Shown here piece after piece: positions 58,412-64,000 of a DNA stretch of 64,000 nucleotides. The DNA comes from an uncultured Planctomycetaceae bacterium. Its GTDB lineage: Bacteria > Planctomycetota > Planctomycetia > Isosphaerales > Isosphaeraceae. Both the position numbers and the translations under genes were made by a program. The notes below the pieces were generated by a model. The model was not told where the DNA came from. It did not search any database and saw nothing but the letters and a program-made list of their open reading frames with translations. The DNA is taken from contig CAWIAD010000002.1 in NCBI GenBank assembly GCA_963833985.1, forward strand, positions 2,080,001-2,144,000. The letters are read 5' to 3'. The stretch's first letter is position 1. Every line of letters starts with the position of its first letter.

Positions 58412-59545
58412 TCAGTGCAGCACGGTCAGCGCCTCTTCTTCCTTGACTTTGCTGGCCGCTCGCTCATTTTTCTGGGCCGAGAGCAGGGTCAGCCCCATCT
58501 TCACCTTGTCGCCCAGGGTTTTCTGGGAGAGGCAAGTGTAAAGGCAAAGGCGGTCGCATTCCACGGTCTGCTTGCGGATTTCGCGGGCCTTGGGGCCGTA
58601 CCAGATCTCGCGCGCCGAGGCTTCCTTGATGTTGCCGATGGCGGGATAGAAGAAGCAGACCTCGATATCGCCGTTGGTGCGGATAAAGAAGTCGCGCATG
58701 CCCACGCGGCAGGGCATGGCTTCCGGCGGTGCCGACTTCTCCTGGAAGTGCGGTACCAGCAGCGAAATCACCAGCTCGGAATTCATGATGGGCTCGCCCT
58801 TGCGCTTCAGGTCGAGCATCGTGTCGACGACTTTCTGGACTTCGGGCCACTCGTCTTCCTCGACCCAGAGCTCGTTGTAGGTTTCTGGAGTCCAGCGATC
58901 CATGGGCTGGAAATTGAGTGCCGTGGCGCCCATCTCCTTGGCCCACTCCACCATCTCCGGCAAGTACTTGTAGTTTTTCTTGCCGATGGTGGGCTTGATG
59001 ACGATCGGGAAGTCGAGCCCGCGCTTGTCACGCTCCTCGCGGACATGGCGAATCCCCGCGCTCAGCTTGTCGAAGAGGCCGGGCCAGCCGCGGAGATAAT
59101 CGTGCATCTCGGCGTTCGGGGCGTCGACCGAAACGTTCAGGTTCCAGGGCCGCGCCTCGGCGAATTTGGCGGCATTCTTCTGATTGAGCGCAGAGCCGTT
59201 GGTCGTGACCCCCGCGTGGATGCCGTTCTTGTGGCAGAACATCATCAAATCGAGAAAGCCCGGCTTGATGAACGGTTCGCCACCACTGAAGCTGATCGAG
59301 AACGTTCCCACGAAGTCCTTGATGCTGAGAAGTGCATTCTGCCACTCCTCGATGCTCATCTCATCCTTGTATTTCGGCAGCCGCCAGTACTCGCAGTAAC
59401 GGCACTTCACATTGCAGCGCTCGTTGACCAGCCCGTAGAAGGTGATGGGCCTGGTGACGTCCTGGCCGCTTCGGAGGTACAGTTCCTCGGCGAAGTGATT
59501 GTATGTGTGCTTGAACGCAAGCTTTGATAGCGTGAGGACATTCAT
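58412..59545 (-). CDS. Radical SAM/SPASM domain protein
   Basis: CNVKCRYC, SGGEP, TTNG; C-terminal C..G.IEVC..IGNI..C..C. Confidence 0.92.
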   Translation of the reverse strand: MNVLTLSKLAFKHTYNHFAEELYLRSGQDVTRPITFYGLVNERCNVKCRYCEYWRLPKYKDEMSIEEWQNALLSIKDFVGTFSISFSGGEPFIKPGFLDLMMFCHKNGIHAGVTTNGSALNQKNAAKFAEARPWNLNVSVDAPNAEMHDYLRGWPGLFDKLSAGIRHVREERDKRGLDFPIVIKPTIGKKNYKYLPEMVEWAKEMGATALNFQPMDRWTPETYNELWVEEDEWPEVQKVVDTMLDLKRKGEPIMNSELVISLLVPHFQEKSAPPEAMPCRVGMRDFFIRTNGDIEVCFFYPAIGNIKEASAREIWYGPKAREIRKQTVECDRLCLYTCLSQKTLGDKVKMGLTLLSAQKNERAASKVKEEEALTVLH

Positions 59546-60338
59546 GGCGGATCATCCGTCCGTCGTCAGGGTATCGGTTCGAAGCAAAACGCGGGAAACT
59601 CAATGAGGACCAGCACCGGACTGGGAGAGATGCCCGCTCTGTTCGTATGGCCCACCCGGAGATTCGGTTCGTTGTCGATCTCGTGGACTGCGTTGGTGGC
59701 AGCTGGGGCGGCCCGGGGTTACTGGTTTGCGAGGTCGGCCAGAAGGCCGGTCAGCGAACGCATCAGGTCGAGATGCCCTCCTGTCGGGCCGCGATCCCGG
59801 GCGTTTCACGTGCCTTAAACTACTAATAACGCGTTCGCCTCGACAAGCCCTCGTGCTCCAACATCCCGGGCCTCCCGCCTCGCGAGGCGTGCAAATCCCC
59901 CAGGAACGCTGGTTTTGTCGCAGGATGTCGATTTCAGGGAACATGGCGCTGGAGACAACTCAGGAAACCGGAATCCGGGTTCCTCCGATCATCGCCCGCA
60001 TACGGAAGGGTACGCCACGGTCCTGCGAAGATTTTTCGTCGAGACATTTTCCGGGTGACCTGACCCTCCGTTCCTGTCTGCTTACTTTTGGCCGGTACGG
60101 GTGTGACAGCGCTGCTGCTCGCCGGTGCAGGCTGATGCCCGCCTCGTGTTGCGTAGGAGCAGCAACTCTTCCTGGGCCAGTCACTCAGGAAGCGCCGCGG
60201 CCCAGGAGAAGTGTAGATCGTCCTTGCAGGAACTGGCTGGCCAAGATGATGGACGGTTCGTGATCGGCCCGGCCCTGAACCTGGCGGACCGGACGTCCCT
60301 GGCGAGTTGTCTCGGTGAGCTTCCGTCCCCCCGGCCAA

Positions 60339-62555
60339 TCAGCTCAGGTATACCGCGTCGACAAACGCCGTGTTGTCTCCCCCGGCGCTGTCCAGGCCCT
60401 GTAAGGTGATGGTGTGAGAGCCGGTGCTGACCGTGAACGGCGCGGTGGCGTAGGTCTGGTACGAGGTGCCGGAGGGTGTAAAGGTTCCCACCACCGTGCC
60501 GTCGATCGCCACGCTGAAGTTCTGCTTCGAGGCCTGGTAATTGGCGCGCTGGGCCGCGTCAAGGCTGAGCACGTAAGTCCCCGCGGTCCAGCCCGCAACC
60601 GACTGGCTGAAGAAGCCTTTTCCCTGCAAGAAAGCCACCTGGACGCCCTCGGGAGCCGGCGGGTTGCCGGCGGTGAATGCACTGTTGTTGCCCGATATTC
60701 CCGCCCCCCCGGTGAAGGTCCACGACGAACCGCTGGGGTCGTAGCGGAAGTTGCCCTGGCCAACCACCACCTGCTCGAACCCGGGATCTCCGATGCTCAC
60801 TGCGGGGGCCGTCGCCGCGGCCATCGCGTCGACGAACGCCGTGTTGTCTCCCCCGGCGCTATCCAGGCCCTGTAAGGTGATGGTGTGAGACCCGGCGCTG
60901 ACCATGAACGGCGCGGTGGTGTAGGTCTGGTACGAGGTGCCCGAGGGTGTGAACGTTCCCACCACCGTGCCGTCGATCGCCACGCTGAAGTTCTGTTTCG
61001 AGGCCTGGTAATTGGCGCGCTGGGCCGCGTCAAGGCTGAGCACGTAAGTTCCCGCGGTCCAGCCCGCAACCGACTGGCTGAAGGAACCCTTCTGCTGCAA
61101 GAAAGCCACCTGGACGCCCTCGGGAGCCGGCGGGTTGCCGGCGGTGAATGCGCTGTTGTTGCCCGAGATTCCCGCCCCGGTGAAGGACCACGACGAACCG
61201 CTGGGGTCGTAGCGGTAGTTGCCCTGACCGACCACCACTTGCTCGAACCCTGGATCTCCGATGGCAAAGCCGGTCAGAGCCGCTACCACCAGGTCAGATC
61301 GCCTGGGAGTTCCTTCCCCGGTGACCAGGTCGAAGCCGGGTCCGGCGGACCCGACGCCGTTGGAGCCGGAGGTAATGTCTTGAAGCGGCTGGGTTCCGTT
61401 CGTGCCTGTGGCCATGGCGTAGATGGCCGGCAGCGTCTGGCTCGGGCCGCTCAGGGTCGACTCGCCTTGCGCAGCGCGCTGCTGGTTCGCCAGGGCAATG
61501 AGCGCCGTCCATTGCGGGGCCCCCGCGCTGGTGCCGCCGTACTGGCCCCATCCGTACCCGCCGTAAGAATCGTAGACCGCAAAGCCCGTGTTCGGGTCAG
61601 CATCGTACGCGATGTCCGGGGTGGCGCGGTTCGTATAGCTGAGGCCGCTCTGGTAGCTGGGCCTGGCCTCGTACGCGCTGACGCCGCCTCCGCCGTAAGA
61701 CCATCCCACCTCACCCGTCCAGTTGAAGTTCGCATCGTGAGAAAGCGAAGTCCCGCCCACCGAGACGACGTTCGGCGACACGGCGGGATAGGATTGGTTG
61801 CCGCTGTCGCCCGCGGAGAACACAAAGGTCACGTTCGGGACAACAAACGTGCTGTCAGAATTGATCTCACCCTGAAACTCGCCACCTCCCCAGCTATTGG
61901 AGACCACCGTCGCACCCTGCTGGGCGGCCACCGTATCGGCATTCAGCAGGTCGCTCAAGCTGGACGACGCAGCCTCCACCAGGAGGATCTTGGCCTGTGG
62001 TGCGATCGCGTGCATCCACTCAACATCAAGCGAGATCTCCTGACCCCAGCCGGTATTGCCAGGAGGTTTGGATCCCGAGGCGTACACCTTGGTCAGCCAG
62101 CTTGTACTGGCGCCGTAGGCCGAGTAGTAGGTCGTCGATCCGCCCAGCGTGGTCATGAACTGCTTGTCGAAGACGTTGGCGTCGCTGAAGATGGATGGAT
62201 CGTCATACGCATCGACGATCGCAATGGTTTGTCCCTGCCCCAGATTGGAGATCTGGTCAATCGAGTCTATGTGTCGCATCTCGGCGGGTGTCAGTGCGCT
62301 GGCCGGTGGGCTGCCCGTTGCAAGCGGGCTGACGCCGGGGTAGGCGACGATCTTGTCGAGGAATGTCTGCTCCTGCCCTGGGAGCGAGATCGAGCTGGAC
62401 ACGGGGAGGATGTACGCCGGGTAGTCGCTCGGCACAGTTGCTGCCGCGGGCACCTGCGCTGTGCTCGAGGTAGCCAGGCTGAGCAATGTGCGCGCTTCCA
62501 GCGGCTCCAGAATCATGGGCCGGAAGCGAGGGAAGGCATTCCTGAGTTTTCTCAT
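60339..62555 (-). CDS. Secreted S53 (sedolisin-like) peptidase with planctomycete LEPR-XLL leader and two beta-sandwich repeats
   Basis: LEPLEARTLLS; EISLDVEW, SNSWG, SAGDSG, GGTSAGAP, DLVTGEGTP. Confidence 0.88.
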   Translation of the reverse strand: MRKLRNAFPRFRPMILEPLEARTLLSLATSSTAQVPAAATVPSDYPAYILPVSSSISLPGQEQTFLDKIVAYPGVSPLATGSPPASALTPAEMRHIDSIDQISNLGQGQTIAIVDAYDDPSIFSDANVFDKQFMTTLGGSTTYYSAYGASTSWLTKVYASGSKPPGNTGWGQEISLDVEWMHAIAPQAKILLVEAASSSLSDLLNADTVAAQQGATVVSNSWGGGEFQGEINSDSTFVVPNVTFVFSAGDSGNQSYPAVSPNVVSVGGTSLSHDANFNWTGEVGWSYGGGGVSAYEARPSYQSGLSYTNRATPDIAYDADPNTGFAVYDSYGGYGWGQYGGTSAGAPQWTALIALANQQRAAQGESTLSGPSQTLPAIYAMATGTNGTQPLQDITSGSNGVGSAGPGFDLVTGEGTPRRSDLVVAALTGFAIGDPGFEQVVVGQGNYRYDPSGSSWSFTGAGISGNNSAFTAGNPPAPEGVQVAFLQQKGSFSQSVAGWTAGTYVLSLDAAQRANYQASKQNFSVAIDGTVVGTFTPSGTSYQTYTTAPFMVSAGSHTITLQGLDSAGGDNTAFVDAMAAATAPAVSIGDPGFEQVVVGQGNFRYDPSGSSWTFTGGAGISGNNSAFTAGNPPAPEGVQVAFLQGKGFFSQSVAGWTAGTYVLSLDAAQRANYQASKQNFSVAIDGTVVGTFTPSGTSYQTYATAPFTVSTGSHTITLQGLDSAGGDNTAFVDAVYLS
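60354..61263. repeat. Intragenic ~440-bp tandem duplication (60354-60795, 60825-61263)
   Basis: Near-identical DNA encoding two IGDPGFEQ...DNTAFVD domains. Confidence 0.9.
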
Positions 62556-62896
62556 GGATGGGCATCCCGGATGGATTGGTGCGGACCAACGGTTGCGCCG
62601 CGCGCGAGGAAACGCAAATGCTGGAACACACGCGCAGCCGTATGCTACAGAGATCAGGAGCGGCGCGGATCCCTCCGGCGGATCGCGTTCCTGTTCCGAA
62701 GCTGGCGAACGATACGACCCTGGCCCTGCCGGACCGATCGATCAGGACGTCTGCCCCAACGTCCTTTTGCCGTCGCCTACGATGATGCTTGACCACAGAA
62801 TAGAGTACTGGCTCTCCCTGGAGAATCAATCTTTTCTTTCGATCCTGGCGATGACTTCATGAACGGTGTCACGGTCGCCCGCTGGGCCGGCCCGCT

Positions 62897-63637
62897 TTGG
62901 AGCAGGCCAAAACGACGCGAACCGCGAGGCATGGTGGGATGCAGATCAACAGCCAGGCGATCGAGTGCGCCGAGCGAAACGCGGTTGAGACGACCCTGGC
63001 GTCCGATCGCTCGGCCGGTGCCGCAATGCGGATCAGCCAGGACGCACAGGAGCACTCCGACTGGCTCACCGGCGCGGCGAAGCAGCTCATTCCTTCAAGC
63101 CCGGTTGCTTGCCGTGAGGGGTGCGCATTCTGTTGCCGGCTGCGCGTCGTCACGACGATCCCGGAGGTCTTGCAGATTGCCGCGGCGATCCAGTTGTGGC
63201 CGTCACCGCAGCAATCGGCGGTGCGGGCTCGAATCGAGGCTCACGTCGCGGCCATGGCGGGTGTCGATGGAATCGCCCGTCGCATCACACTGACGACGTG
63301 TCCCCTGCTGGTGGACTCGAGATGCTCGGTCTATCTGATCCGTCCCCTGTCCTGCCGGGGCTGGAATTCTCTGGACGCCGAGGCGTGCGAGGCCAACGAT
63401 CGCGATCCCAGCCGGATGCTGCAAATTGAAATCAATATGCCACAGCATCAAATCAGCGCTCATGTTCAGCAAGGCATGGCTGACGGTCTCAAGCGCGCCG
63501 GACTGGAGCACAACCGCGTTGAGTTCATGGACGCACTGAAGCTGGCGCTGGTGGTTCCCGACGCCGAGGCACGCTGGCTGGCCGGCGAGTCCGTCTTCCA
63601 GTCCGCTGTGGCGCATCTCCAAGCAGGTTCGCAATAA
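62897..63637 (+). CDS. YkgJ-family CxxCxxCC Zn/Fe-chelating protein
   Basis: CREGCAFCC, CPLL..CSVY..RPLSCR. Confidence 0.85.
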   Translation: MEQAKTTRTARHGGMQINSQAIECAERNAVETTLASDRSAGAAMRISQDAQEHSDWLTGAAKQLIPSSPVACREGCAFCCRLRVVTTIPEVLQIAAAIQLWPSPQQSAVRARIEAHVAAMAGVDGIARRITLTTCPLLVDSRCSVYLIRPLSCRGWNSLDAEACEANDRDPSRMLQIEINMPQHQISAHVQQGMADGLKRAGLEHNRVEFMDALKLALVVPDAEARWLAGESVFQSAVAHLQAGSQ

Positions 63638-63753
63638 TTCTTTGACAGGCATTCATCAGGTTGATGCGATCGTGGATGAACGGGAAGCCGCTCTTTGTGG
63701 TACACGATCGCAATCGTGTCACTTTTTCGATCGCCTCTTGGGACACGATTCCG

Positions 63754-64000
63754 GTGCGCCGTGGAAAGGTGTTGGTCTTCAGTGGGTGTAACTCCCACCC
63801 GGCAACTGGGTCGCTCCAGCCGGTAGCTATCGGAGCGGCGGTGGAGGAGACGAAACCGTCGGAGCCTTCGAGACAGATGTGTCGCTTGGCGATGCAGCGA
63901 ACCGACAGGCCGTAACGCGAGTGAACGTTGAGCAGGCCTCGAAAAGTCCAATGTGGTCGCCGACCTTGCTGGAATATGGGGAAGGCCGCCGTCGCTGGGG
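63754..64000 (+). mobile_element. Probable group II intron 5' end (domain I), truncated by window edge
   Basis: GTGCG boundary, GGGTGTAACTCCC, CCGGTAGC, GGCCTCGAAA, GCCGACC..GGGGAAGGC motifs; no credible ORF. Confidence 0.65.

Noticed and set aside
60885..62792. 635-aa plus-strand ORF
   Set aside because: Antisense shadow of the GC-rich S53 peptidase gene

Overview
Most of the window (1 to ~56.1 kb) is the right-hand part of a large integrative defence island, probably in a planctomycete (a LEPLEARTLLS leader motif occurs in a flanking gene). It abuts the 3' end of a tRNA-Ser(CGA) and carries a tyrosine integrase plus an excisionase missed by the ORF track. Cargo from left to right: ATP-dependent DNA ligase; a three-gene unknown/PLD/SNF2-helicase system (Azaca-like, tentative); a divergent GrpE-like + Hsp70/actin-like pair; and a 22 kb DISARM-related (ARMADA-like) operon (SNF2 helicase, N6-methyltransferase, YprA/DUF1998 helicase) with five genes inserted inside it. 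Next come an agmatine deiminase, a DUF932/PD-(D/E)XK module, and a nested ~9 kb element with its own tyrosine recombinase. In that element single defence-type genes (SIR2, FokI-like, PD-(D/E)XK, DUF2971-like, ZnF-HEPN-like) lie among dif/lox-like ATAA-N6-TTAT palindromes and 64-bp repeats, a candidate gene-cassette capture system. WYL and WYL-less HTH paralogues follow. Right of the tRNA are a hicBA cassette flanked by a perfect 102-bp duplication of tadA-3'/tRNA-5', a frameshifted tadA, host genes (aquaporin, radical SAM, S53 peptidase, YkgJ) and the probable 5' end of a group II intron. All calls come from motif recognition by eye; no database searches were run.
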